DNA of 64,000 nucleotides from Patescibacteria group bacterium (GCA_041660305.1 JBAZWO010000001.1:354268-418267), one strand, 5' to 3'; counted from the stretch's first letter, positions 37,378-45,847 are shown. Translations and numbers: made by a program. The notes: generated by a model not told the origin, from the sequence alone.

Positions 37378-37992
37378 ATGAACCTTGCTTTTATCGGTAA
37401 CGGTGATTATTTTTCCTGTCGCCAGCAATTAAAAAAATATGACTTATTAATTGCATTAGATGGCGGCGCTAACCACTGTTGCGTTATGAATATTTCACCA
37501 CATTATATTATTGGCGATAATGATTCTTGTACAAAAAATACGGCTAAATTTTTTAATACCGTTCCTAGAATTATATTACAAAATCAAACTACATCCGATT
37601 TACAAAAAGCTCTGTGCTGGTGTAAAAAGAAATTTAATAAATCGCTTGAATGTATAGATTTGTTTTGCGTTACCAGCACTACTCGCCCCGATCACGCCCA
37701 AGCCGCTATTCAAGCTTTAGTACATGTGCCGTTTATTAAAAAAATATATACCGGTCAGCACACCATTCAATGTTTACATGCCAATGATACTGTAAGATTA
37801 ACAAAAACCAAATCAAATAGAATTTCTTTAATTCCTTACGGCAAAACTGCTCACGTAACTTTAACCGGTTTAGCTTGGTCTGGTAATAACTTGCTATTAA
37901 ACGCCACTACTCATTCCGGCATCTCCAACCATATTACCGCTAAACAGGCCAGTGTTCAGGTAAATAACGGAACGGTTTTATTAATTCGTTAA
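37378..37992 (+). CDS. thiamine pyrophosphokinase
   Basis: LIALDGGANH......P.YIIGDNDS and DLQKAL resemble TPK catalytic-domain motifs. 204 aa. Confidence 0.6.
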   Translation: MNLAFIGNGDYFSCRQQLKKYDLLIALDGGANHCCVMNISPHYIIGDNDSCTKNTAKFFNTVPRIILQNQTTSDLQKALCWCKKKFNKSLECIDLFCVTSTTRPDHAQAAIQALVHVPFIKKIYTGQHTIQCLHANDTVRLTKTKSNRISLIPYGKTAHVTLTGLAWSGNNLLLNATTHSGISNHITAKQASVQVNNGTVLLIR

Positions 37993-38054
37993 TCAAACTT
38001 CAACGACAACTTTAAGCTCACGTTTGCTTGGCTTATGTGATATACTTTTGGTAT

Positions 38055-38696
38055 ATGTCTATCATAAAAGATTTTCCAAAAATAGAATCACCGTTTGTTC
38101 GAAAACTAGTGAACGACCACTATATCGTAACGCCGGAAATTAATCCGGAGTATGCTTGGGTGTTTCAGGAAGTCGGCGTGCGGGCAGTTGATAAAATTGA
38201 TGGTACGAATGTATGTTTACGCATTAGTGGCGGCCAAGTAACCAATGTGTTTAATCGTCAAAATGAAAAATTTGTGTTTCCGCCAGCCATTACCCAAACT
38301 GCTTGGGAAGGAGCATGTCTGGAAGGTATCGCCCGAGCGATTCAAAAAGACTGGTTACACAATTTAATCGACGGAGACTATTTTGGTGAATTAATTGGGG
38401 AATTAATTAATGGCAATCCTCAACAATTAACCGGACATTTATGGGTGCCGTTTAATTATCTAGCAAGAAAATGCCATTGGCGCAGTTGGATAAAAAATCA
38501 GTATCCGAAAGATTATGAATCAATTTCACAATGGTTTAAAGATTTACCGTCATTATTTAATCAAACACAAAAACTTCCTCCGGTAATGGCCGAAGGACTG
38601 GTGTTTTATCATCCAGATGGCAAACGCCTGGCTAAATTACGCCGCGATATGTTTGATTGGTTTGAGGGCGAGCGGCACCATTTCAGCGCTTACTAG
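38055..38696 (+). CDS. small nucleotidyltransferase of the RNA/DNA-ligase superfamily (KxDG motif)
   Basis: VDKIDGTNVCLRI matches ligase motif I (KxDGxN). About 213 aa from ATG 38055. Confidence 0.45.
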   Translation: MSIIKDFPKIESPFVRKLVNDHYIVTPEINPEYAWVFQEVGVRAVDKIDGTNVCLRISGGQVTNVFNRQNEKFVFPPAITQTAWEGACLEGIARAIQKDWLHNLIDGDYFGELIGELINGNPQQLTGHLWVPFNYLARKCHWRSWIKNQYPKDYESISQWFKDLPSLFNQTQKLPPVMAEGLVFYHPDGKRLAKLRRDMFDWFEGERHHFSAY

Positions 38697-38704
38697 TAGC
38701 CTAG

Positions 38705-39121
38705 CTACTTCTTCAACTGCCGATAAATGCCAGCTAATTGTTCATCGAACGTAATCAATTCAAACCCAAAGGTTAAAGCTAAATATAAATTAGAATAATC
38801 TGTTAACCCTAATGGTTTAGTTAGTTTTTGTTGTTCGATAAATTTAATCGTACGACGAATAAATTCACTATTCATATCAATTTGATCTATTAACTTATGT
38901 TTGCTAATAAACCAATAAAATTTCAACGCCTCCGTATGAGACATTTTATTTGTCAGTAATGTAAACACCTCTTGCACAATAAAATTAGATACAACTACTC
39001 CTCGATCTGTCTTTTCTAACGTTCTAAATATCTTATTAGCTTTTTCATGTAGCGTATCCTTGCTGTTATGCAAACCTATCCACACATTTGAATCTATTAA
39101 TGCGTATCTATTTAATTCCAT
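38705..39121 (-). CDS. PIN-domain toxin (VapC-like)
   Basis: ALIDSNVWI (first acidic residue), ..VQEV.., ..TDY.. 138 aa, overlapping the upstream antitoxin gene by 14 nt. Confidence 0.7.
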   Translation of the reverse strand: MELNRYALIDSNVWIGLHNSKDTLHEKANKIFRTLEKTDRGVVVSNFIVQEVFTLLTNKMSHTEALKFYWFISKHKLIDQIDMNSEFIRRTIKFIEQQKLTKPLGLTDYSNLYLALTFGFELITFDEQLAGIYRQLKK

Positions 39122-39413
39122 AAACTACCTCGTCTACCATTTGGCTAAGATTTGGATCTCCCGAATAACAAATTTTATCATAATCATCAAAAAAACTGTT
39201 GTATTTTTTTTCTTGTGCTTCCTGCATATAAGGCAAATAAGCTGTAAAAATTTCTTTTTCAGATTCTTCTGGAATATATGTGCCAACTTTTTTTCCGTTT
39301 TTTACTACGGTATATATTTTACTAGCTGGTTTACTGGTAATTTTAGATAAATTACGAATAAACTCACGAATGGAGATAATTGTTTGTTCTTGGGATAATG
39401 TAGCTAAATTCAT
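39108..39413 (-). CDS. Phd/YefM-like antitoxin
   Basis: 101 aa with N-terminal TIISIREFIRNLSKI... typical of Phd/YefM. It is translationally coupled to the PIN gene. Confidence 0.6.
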   Translation of the reverse strand: MNLATLSQEQTIISIREFIRNLSKITSKPASKIYTVVKNGKKVGTYIPEESEKEIFTAYLPYMQEAQEKKYNSFFDDYDKICYSGDPNLSQMVDEVVYGIK

Positions 39414-39489
39414 AAAATGATAAAGTTTAACAATTGTATGTCTTAATGTTATATAATTGTTAGATAGTTGTCAAACATTTCCCATATAT

Positions 39490-39750
39490 CTATGTTGAAG
39501 TAAGCTTCCAACACACAAAGTGAGTTATGAACATAATACAAATCCCAATAATAAATATTGGCACTGTTGGAAATAAAATGTCTAGCGGCCATTCAAATAC
39601 TTCTGTCATACCAATGTCTTGCTTGCCAGTAAGAGCTTGAAAATGTGGAATAAACTCTGTACGAGATCGATAGATAAAATAAATAATTACGCTATAAACA
39701 CCTAATAAATAGGCAAGACTATAGGGAACGAGTTTTTTAAAAATATTCAT
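39490..39750 (-). CDS. small membrane protein (3 TM)
   Basis: 86 aa, hydrophobic, no recognisable motif. Confidence 0.45.
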   Translation of the reverse strand: MNIFKKLVPYSLAYLLGVYSVIIYFIYRSRTEFIPHFQALTGKQDIGMTEVFEWPLDILFPTVPIFIIGICIMFITHFVCWKLTST

Positions 39751-39768
39751 ATTATTGTTGTTGATTAA

Positions 39769-40083
39769 TCAAACTTTATGATTACTAATTATTGTTCGTT
39801 TTTTAACACGTTGAACTACTAATACAGTTACAAGATAAAGCGAGGCGTATATGCTGCCAATAAGATAAGGCAATACATCAAAAAACAGTGCCAGATTTTG
39901 ATTTATTAATTTTGAAAAAATGATATTTGCTAAGTGGCAGAAACTTTGCGTTAGCAGAAAACCAATAAACATAGAGATGGTTATAAAATAATTCCGCTCC
40001 GACAGTGTCACGAAATTAAAAACATAGACACACCAAGTAAGAACCAAAAAAATAACAATTGCAATAATATAATGTTTTTTCAT
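39769..40083 (-). CDS. small membrane protein (3 TM)
   Basis: 104 aa, hydrophobic, no recognisable motif. Confidence 0.45.
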   Translation of the reverse strand: MKKHYIIAIVIFLVLTWCVYVFNFVTLSERNYFITISMFIGFLLTQSFCHLANIIFSKLINQNLALFFDVLPYLIGSIYASLYLVTVLVVQRVKKRTIISNHKV

Positions 40084-40232
40084 AATACTTGAACCTATTT
40101 AATTAACCCAATCTACGCTTGAACTCTTTTATATTTTTTTCAAGCGCACATTTGGTTGGCCGATGAAGAAAAAAACTTTCTTTACAATTTTTTATCTCCA
40201 CGGCCGCACCTCCTTTCTAACAACTAACAAAA

Positions 40233-41927
40233 CTAATGAACCCAGTTGTCGCAGTAGCCGTACTGGCGACAATACATATCAACATCACCGTTCCAAACGT
40301 ACTTGGCGCCGGAAGCCATCGCCACGCTTCCCTTGAGCGTAGAGAAACTAGCTTCGATCCAAGCAACGCCGTAGACCATTGCGCTAGTGTTGTTGAGATA
40401 GTACGCCTCAACTGCACTAGCCGCGATTTCGACCGCGTCCAACGTCACTGATCCGGCGGTACCAGTGTGATAGATAGCTTCGCCACGAGTTGCGCTGTTA
40501 TCCACGATTGAGGAATCGTGGATGGCGATGTAGGCCTCGCCGACCGGGCCACTGCCACCATCAATGCTATTGAAATAAATGCCACCACCCAACTCCGCGA
40601 CGTTGTCGGAAACGTCACAGTAGTCCATAGTGAAATTCGACGTATCATGTAGATAAACACCGCCGCCGTTGGTAGCTGTGTTGTTCACGATCCGAGTCCA
40701 CCACACACCCACGTTGGTAGAGTCGTATACGGCAATCCCTCCTCCATCCTCGCTCTCGATACCAGCGAGCTCGAAGTTGGAGATATACACGCTGTTGGCC
40801 TCGGAAACAACAATGCCCGCCAGGCCATTTTCCGCTCCCTGGCTGATCAAAATCGGCTGGCTATGATCACGATTCGGGGACAGATCAACGCCAACAACAC
40901 TCAAAAAGCTTGCGTACTTACCTATGCTGAACCCGTAGTGCCCGCCATCTTTTGGGCAAACAACAATGTCCATGACATAGACGTATGCGTAATCCACCGC
41001 TTCCTGAATGTTATCAAAGTTCGCTAGTACGTTGTCTGGCGTCCAGTCTTCGGGACCATTGAACACCGACACGAGCCCATCTGGATTCATAGTGCCATCG
41101 CAGTCCTCATCCGTCTTATCACACACCTCTATAGCATCAGGATGAACATAGACACTTCCGTCATTGCAGTCACCCCCGCAGGTGGCATACCCATCACCGT
41201 CCTTATCGAAGTCTTCGTCGATTTTTCCGTCGCAGTCCTGATCCACACCATCACACGTCTCAGGAGAGTAAGGATGAATAGTCTTGTTCGCATCATCGCA
41301 GTCGGCGGCCATGGTAATGTATCCTTCCGGCTGGCCACTGCACGAAGTAACGGCGTTGTTTGGATCACCGTAATAGTCACCATCAGCGTCACGATAGTAA
41401 GTGATGGTGATACCGTCGTCGATTTTGCCATTGCAACCATCGTCTATTCCATTACAAAGTTCCGGAGCATTTATGTATACATCAGGGTTGTTGTCGTCAC
41501 AGTCTCCGTGCATTAAAGCCTGACCGTCACCGTCTACATCGATTAGGTCCTTACCATCACAATTCTGATCAATGTTGTCGTAGGGAACCTCGTCTGCGCC
41601 CGGATAAATGGTAGAATCCTGATCATCACAGTCTTCGTTACCGTATTCCAACGCTCCATCACCATCCTGATCCCATTCATCCGAATCGCCATTGCAGTTT
41701 TGATCCACGTAATCGTAGAAGACTTCCGGCGCTCCCGGATGAATTGAAGCATCATAGTCATCACAATCACATTCATCGGGTTGCGGCGAACTATCTGCTG
41801 CCGCTGTCATACTACTGGTCATAGCTTGCACCGATTCACAAGCCGGCCAGCCGTCACCATCCTGATCTGACGCCCCACATCCAACCAACAAAAAACCTAC
41901 AAACAACCAAACTGCTAACCGTTTCAT
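40233..41927 (-). CDS. lipoprotein with five MopE-like Cys-rich metal-binding repeats and a C-terminal parallel beta-helix
   Basis: Lipobox MKRLAVWLFVGFLLVGC from ATG 41927. Repeats follow the form DCDD.D..I.PGA.E.....D.(N/D)C(D/N)G five times. The C-terminal part has GGGI(A/Y) PbH1-like repeats. The gene is visibly much more GC-rich than its flanks. Confidence 0.8.
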   Translation of the reverse strand: MKRLAVWLFVGFLLVGCGASDQDGDGWPACESVQAMTSSMTAAADSSPQPDECDCDDYDASIHPGAPEVFYDYVDQNCNGDSDEWDQDGDGALEYGNEDCDDQDSTIYPGADEVPYDNIDQNCDGKDLIDVDGDGQALMHGDCDDNNPDVYINAPELCNGIDDGCNGKIDDGITITYYRDADGDYYGDPNNAVTSCSGQPEGYITMAADCDDANKTIHPYSPETCDGVDQDCDGKIDEDFDKDGDGYATCGGDCNDGSVYVHPDAIEVCDKTDEDCDGTMNPDGLVSVFNGPEDWTPDNVLANFDNIQEAVDYAYVYVMDIVVCPKDGGHYGFSIGKYASFLSVVGVDLSPNRDHSQPILISQGAENGLAGIVVSEANSVYISNFELAGIESEDGGGIAVYDSTNVGVWWTRIVNNTATNGGGVYLHDTSNFTMDYCDVSDNVAELGGGIYFNSIDGGSGPVGEAYIAIHDSSIVDNSATRGEAIYHTGTAGSVTLDAVEIAASAVEAYYLNNTSAMVYGVAWIEASFSTLKGSVAMASGAKYVWNGDVDMYCRQYGYCDNWVH

Positions 41928-42011
41928 GCCACACCTCTCACAAACAGAAGGCTCATCATTCATTGCCACCAGAATATCCCGGCGGAACAACAAATCCGCG
42001 CGCACCCTTCC

Positions 42012-42148
42012 TATGCACCCGGGAAATAAATCCTACCTTCCATCCCCAACCCTTCCCTCCTATAAAGAGGGAAGGGAGAAATTTCTCCTCCTCCCTTTAT
42101 AGGGGAGGAGGTTGGGAGGTGGGGTAGACATTAATTCCCGAGTGCATA
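42012..42148. repeat. composite MITE-like repeat locus R7 with an extra outer inverted repeat
   Basis: Outer IR tatgcacccgggaa / ttcccgagtgcata (13/14). Inner ends are tcctaccttccatccccaac / gttgggaggtggggtaga. Two hairpins are present: cccttccctc-ctataaa-gagggaaggg and ctcctcctccc-tttata-ggggaggag. Confidence 0.85.
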
Positions 42149-42303
42149 TAGAAACTGTTTGCAAATTTTTAAAGAACCACTTAAAGAACGAAAAACCAGA
42201 CTAACAAACTCTCTCTCTCTTCAATATATTGTTTTACGATGTATTTGACATAAAAAATTTTATGATTGAATTAAGTAACTATTTTTGTTATGCTGTTTTA
42301 ACT

Positions 42304-42516
42304 ATGACAAAACCAGAACAAGCTACCCTGCAACGGGTACTAAATGTGGTGCTTGATGTGCAAGATCAGCAGCGTTTGACCAACCAGCGCTTAGCTCATC
42401 TTGAACAGCAACAGACCACCACTACTAATAGGTTAGATGAATTTCTAACCTTGGCGAATCGTCATGAGGCTGAAATTGCTTCGTTGCGATTTTTGTATCA
42501 AAGAGCGAATAATTGA
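42304..42516 (+). CDS. small coiled-coil protein, unknown
   Basis: 70 aa from ATG 42304 (MTKPEQATLQRVLNVVLDVQDQQ...). The start is uncertain. Confidence 0.4.
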   Translation: MTKPEQATLQRVLNVVLDVQDQQRLTNQRLAHLEQQQTTTTNRLDEFLTLANRHEAEIASLRFLYQRANN

Positions 42517-42523
42517 ATTTTTA

Positions 42524-42566
42524 CTCCCCTTCTCCTAGTTAGGAGAAGGGGTTGGGGGTTGAGGTA
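42524..42566. repeat. GC-rich hairpin repeat locus R8
   Basis: ccccttctcc-tagtt-aggagaagggg followed by ttgggggttgaggta. Confidence 0.8.
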
Positions 42567-43317
42567 TTAACCGCAACTCATTCTTCCAATACTGTTCCGT
42601 AAAAAACATGGCCGGATCTAAATCGCGCACTACTTTATTTTCTAAAAACGTTACTTTACTAATTAATTCTTTTTGTTCGTTCATTAATTTATAAGAAAAT
42701 ACTGTTTGAGTAGCTGGATCCAGCACAATTTCTACGTATTTTTCAATATTGCTTTGTTGGTACTCAACCGGAAACGGATATAATACGCGCAACACCGTTT
42801 TACCGCCCACTGTTTCATTATGCTGTTCTAATGGCTTACTTAAATCCACCTTACCTTCTTTTAAAGGGTTGATAATACTGAACGGACTGTGTTGTAACAT
42901 TTCATTATAAAAATTATGTTTTGTTTCATCTAAAGAACCACATTCATATTGCTTGTTTAATGCTAAACAAGATTTATTAATATTAGATATTAGCAATAAA
43001 CTCATTTCTGCTGATTCATTTGTATCTATATTTTTACTAACCATGTCCATTCTGCCATTACCACCTAAACCCCATAGTTTTATTTCAGATTGTTGTTCAT
43101 TTAAATCACCATTACTCTCCACCGATGTAATATGAATATATCGAAACTGCTCATTCATATGAACACTCGCCTGTTCTAAGGCTTTGGCCACAGTAACCCC
43201 TAAATTAATAGCCAATGGCGGCTGTTTAAAAATTGGCACTATGTTTATAGCCGTAAATATGGTTATTACAATAATAGCTACCGCTAAACCTTCTATGATT
43301 ATTTTTCGTTTGATCAT
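42535..43317 (-). CDS. membrane-anchored hypothetical protein
   Basis: 260 aa with an N-terminal TM helix. The last roughly 10 codons (IPQPPTPSPN) are read-through of R8. Confidence 0.55.
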   Translation of the reverse strand: MIKRKIIIEGLAVAIIVITIFTAINIVPIFKQPPLAINLGVTVAKALEQASVHMNEQFRYIHITSVESNGDLNEQQSEIKLWGLGGNGRMDMVSKNIDTNESAEMSLLLISNINKSCLALNKQYECGSLDETKHNFYNEMLQHSPFSIINPLKEGKVDLSKPLEQHNETVGGKTVLRVLYPFPVEYQQSNIEKYVEIVLDPATQTVFSYKLMNEQKELISKVTFLENKVVRDLDPAMFFTEQYWKNELRLIPQPPTPSPN

Positions 43318-43423
43318 AAATGATTAATTAACTAATATACATCTTTATTCGATGTATAAGCATTGTAATACGATATATATTAAAGTCAATCCCAAGAACT
43401 CGGGACTTGTGGATAAATAATAA

Positions 43424-43467
43424 CTCCCTTTCCCCTTTTTAGGGGAAAGGGCCGGGGATAGAGGTAG
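43424..43467. repeat. GC-rich hairpin repeat locus R9
   Basis: ccctttcccct-ttttt-aggggaaaggg followed by ccggggatagaggtag. Confidence 0.85.
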
Positions 43468-43473
43468 AAGTTA

Positions 43474-44892
43474 TTACTCCTTAAACGCGTTCAAATCCGC
43501 CAAGGTTTCTTTATAGGCTTTCATGGCTGTACGAGCGTCAGACTCGGATAAATTTGCTAAATCTTTTATAATATTTTCAGCAGATGGCTTTAAATAAGCT
43601 AGGGTATTTTTTTTTGGATCATCCATTACTTCATCTAACAATTTATGCAATACTAACGCAATTTTAGCACCGGGCTTCATACCGCAATCTTTTATTAAAA
43701 TATTGCCGTCTAGCGCTAACATATTTACACTCACCGGATCTTTCTGCACATATTCTAAACGCTTTTCTAATTCAACTAATTTATAAGGTTTGTCTTTATA
43801 TACACCAGAGCCCATCCTGTCCGCCATGCGTATCGCCATTAAATCATTAATATTTTCTGCTCCAACTCGGCGCAAAATACGGCGAATACCGGCATCGGTA
43901 ATTACGTTCAACGTATAATAAAACATGTGGTGCCGAATTAAGTGCGTTACTTTTTGCATATCATCGTTTGAACACGCTAACCGGCGCATAATCGCCCGGG
44001 CTTGTTTAGCACTCACGTATTCATGTTGATAAAAAGTGCTATTTTTACCGTTCCCCTGCTTCACGGCCGGCTTGCCAATATCGTGCAACAGCGCGGCTAA
44101 GCGCAACCGCCAATCGTCCGACGGGCAAAACTGCATGGATAATAAATTATGAGCAAACACCGTATAGATATGGTGCAGGTTTTGGGTCACGCCAAAACCG
44201 GCTTCTAATTCTGGGATAATTATTTTTAATAAGCCGCTTTCGTGCAACAGCCAAAAAGCTTTTAACGAATCCTCTGCACTGATCATTTTAATTAACTCAT
44301 CACGAATTCGTTCGGCAGATACATGCTTAATTAACTGATTGTTTTTTATAATCGCTTGCCAAGTGTGTTTCTCAATCTTAAACCGTAGCTGGCTAGAAAA
44401 CCGAATAGCGCGTAACATGCGCAAAGCATCCTCATTAAAACGTTCATCAGCGTTACCTACTGCCCGTAACAAACCACTTTTAATATCTTGTTCTCCGTCA
44501 AATTCATCATAAATTTTATTACCATCAAACGCTAACGCATTAATCGTAAAATCGCGCCGCGCTAAATCTTCTTTTAAACTAACGCCAAATTGCACTTTAT
44601 CCGGATGCCGGAAATCGGAATACTGGCCATCTGATCGAAACGTAGTTACTTCTATATCTAGCGCTCCGCTTCTTACTGTAACCGTGCCAAAATCATTTAA
44701 ATACAAAGTTTTTGGAAAAACTGCCTGTATTTGTTTGGGCAAAGCATTGGTTGTAACATCCCAATCTTTAGGCTCGTTACCTAATATTAAATCACGCAAA
44801 CAGCCGCCTACCACATAGCCGGCATAATGATTGGCTTGTAAGGTTTGCAATACCTGTTGAACTTCTGGCGGTAACTTGATACGATAGGTCAT
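43474..44892 (-). CDS. cca: CCA-adding enzyme / tRNA nucleotidyltransferase with HD domain
   Basis: GGCLRDLILG..PKDWDVTT, RRDFTINA and the HD motif (LLHDIGKP). Confidence 0.85.
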   Translation of the reverse strand: MTYRIKLPPEVQQVLQTLQANHYAGYVVGGCLRDLILGNEPKDWDVTTNALPKQIQAVFPKTLYLNDFGTVTVRSGALDIEVTTFRSDGQYSDFRHPDKVQFGVSLKEDLARRDFTINALAFDGNKIYDEFDGEQDIKSGLLRAVGNADERFNEDALRMLRAIRFSSQLRFKIEKHTWQAIIKNNQLIKHVSAERIRDELIKMISAEDSLKAFWLLHESGLLKIIIPELEAGFGVTQNLHHIYTVFAHNLLSMQFCPSDDWRLRLAALLHDIGKPAVKQGNGKNSTFYQHEYVSAKQARAIMRRLACSNDDMQKVTHLIRHHMFYYTLNVITDAGIRRILRRVGAENINDLMAIRMADRMGSGVYKDKPYKLVELEKRLEYVQKDPVSVNMLALDGNILIKDCGMKPGAKIALVLHKLLDEVMDDPKKNTLAYLKPSAENIIKDLANLSESDARTAMKAYKETLADLNAFKE

Positions 44893-44912
44893 ACCAAGTC
44901 AGAATACCTGAT

Positions 44913-44981
44913 TTGTCCTCGTAGTTCAATGGATCCTCCTTCGCTCCTAAATCGGAGCTACGGCGGACAAGTAGAACATCA
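44913..44981 (+). pseudogene. tRNA 5' fragment (acceptor/D-arm-like) split by a 38-nt hairpin insertion
   Basis: gtcctcg-tagttcaatgga[..38 nt..]tagaaca matches the D-arm of the adjacent tRNA-Arg (tagttcaatggatagaaca). No anticodon or T arm follows. The insert plus flanks fold as an imperfect long hairpin (ttgtcc..cgtag / ctacg..ggacaa). Confidence 0.45.
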
Positions 44982-45056
44982 GCCCCGATAGTTCAATGGA
45001 TAGAACACTAGCCTTCTAAGCTAGATATGCAGGTTCGATTCCTGCTCGGGGCACCA
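44982..45056 (+). tRNA. tRNA-Arg (anticodon UCU), CCA encoded
   Basis: Manual cloverleaf: acceptor GCCCCGA/TCGGGGC, D arm GTTC-AATGGATA-GAAC, anticodon arm CTAGC-CTTCTAA-GCTAG, T arm CAGGT-TCGATTC-CCTGC, then discriminator A plus CCA. Confidence 0.9.
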
Positions 45057-45081
45057 AATAATTACTTATGCACCATTACAT

Positions 45082-45110
45082 TTGACTAAAAAATAATATC
45101 GGTTTAACAT
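45082..45110 (+). promoter_or_regulatory. sigma70-like promoter placed for a leaderless small ORF
   Basis: TTGACT (45082-87), 17 nt, TAACAT (45105-10), 7 nt, then ATG 45118. Confidence 0.4.
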
Positions 45111-45117
45111 TGCCAGT

Positions 45118-45177
45118 ATGAAACAAGCACGACAATTTAATTCAAGTTTCACTACTACCACAACCACTACTTCTTAG
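45118..45177 (+). CDS. 19-codon small ORF with seven consecutive Thr codons (candidate leader peptide)
   Basis: MKQARQFNSSFTTTTTTTS*. The stop codon overlaps a copy of the downstream terminator's 3' arm. Confidence 0.3.
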   Translation: MKQARQFNSSFTTTTTTTS

Positions 45178-45213
45178 GGTTGCGTAACGTTGTATTACAA
45201 AAAAACATCTACT

Positions 45214-45241
45214 GCGACCCTAGGGTCGCTCTTTTGTTTTT
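45214..45241 (+). terminator. rho-independent terminator
   Basis: gcgacc-ctag-ggtcgc followed by tcttttgttttt. Confidence 0.7.
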
Positions 45242-45370
45242 GCCTATTTTAATAAATCTATAATTTATGTCCCGTATGATCAAATTAATACTAAACAATT
45301 GCCAATTATACACTACCTATCCTATTCATAGTCCTGGACGGTAAGTTTTGCTATAACACAAATAAACTTT

Positions 45371-45398
45371 AAAACCGTCTAGCTGGACGGTTTTTTGT
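45371..45398 (+). terminator. rho-independent terminator
   Basis: aaaaccgtc-tagctg-gacggtttt followed by ttgtttt. Confidence 0.7.
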
Positions 45399-45419
45399 TT
45401 TGCTCATTGTCAAAAAAAT

Positions 45420-45528
45420 ATCCCTGGGGAGCGTTGTCGGCACAAGTGGCACAGAGAACAATTTCGTTCTTGCCTGCCCAAGATTATGCCGACAAGTTCT
45501 CCTCAGGCGAGGAGAAAAGGAGTATGTA
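45420..45528 (+). promoter_or_regulatory. structured leader upstream of a 64-codon ORF (candidate cis-regulatory RNA)
   Basis: 9-bp closing helix ttgtcggca/tgccgacaa (45433-41 / 45487-95) encloses ggca..tgcc and agaac-aatttc-gttct. The hairpin ctcctc-aggc-gaggag abuts the AAGGAG Shine-Dalgarno sequence. Confidence 0.35.
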
Positions 45529-45723
45529 ATGGAAAAAGTTGTGTTTGAGTTTGAGAACGTAAATTACGAAGTCTCAATAGAGACCTTCGTAAAAAAGTCA
45601 GGGGCTGTAATCCAATTGCCATCAGGGCGGTTGGTAAAAGTGGTTGATTGGAGGATATATCACCTAAACTTCCTGTTAGAAGTGCAGGAAATGGAGGTGA
45701 TAAAAGCGGAGGTGATTAAGTAA
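45529..45723 (+). CDS. hypothetical 64-aa protein
   Basis: ATG preceded by AAGGAG at -8, one of the few clear SD sites in the window. The track's TTG-initiated upstream extension runs through the structured leader. Confidence 0.45.
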   Translation: MEKVVFEFENVNYEVSIETFVKKSGAVIQLPSGRLVKVVDWRIYHLNFLLEVQEMEVIKAEVIK

Positions 45724-45819
45724 TCATCTTCGCAGCCGCTCCACTGAGGTAAGGAGCGGCTACAAAAAAGAAAAATAGAAACTTAGGGAAGAGCTCTGGA
45801 GCCTTTCAAACCAGCGTCC

Positions 45820-45846
45820 GCCGATAACGATATATCGGCTTTTTTT
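45820..45846 (+). terminator. rho-independent terminator
   Basis: gccgata-acgata-tatcggc followed by ttttttt. Confidence 0.65.
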
Positions 45847-45847
45847 A

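Noticed and set aside
40217-41776. Seven overlapping ORFs in several frames across the GC-rich lipoprotein gene
   Set aside because: High GC removes stop codons from all frames. Only the 40233-41927 frame has a lipobox and coherent repeat/domain structure.
42201-42214. Short (CT)n run as a regulatory microsatellite
   Set aside because: It has only about six units, lies in an intergenic region with no adjacent start codon or promoter element that it would space, and is too short to argue for slippage control.
1056-43467. The GC-rich repeats as a CRISPR array
   Set aside because: Copies are kilobases apart, in both orientations, of variable composition and at gene boundaries. There is no regular repeat-spacer periodicity and there are no cas genes.
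44913-44981. A second functional tRNA upstream of tRNA-Arg
   Set aside because: Only acceptor-5' and D-arm-like sequence is present. No anticodon stem-loop, T arm or 3' acceptor strand can be drawn, and the next tRNA starts immediately.
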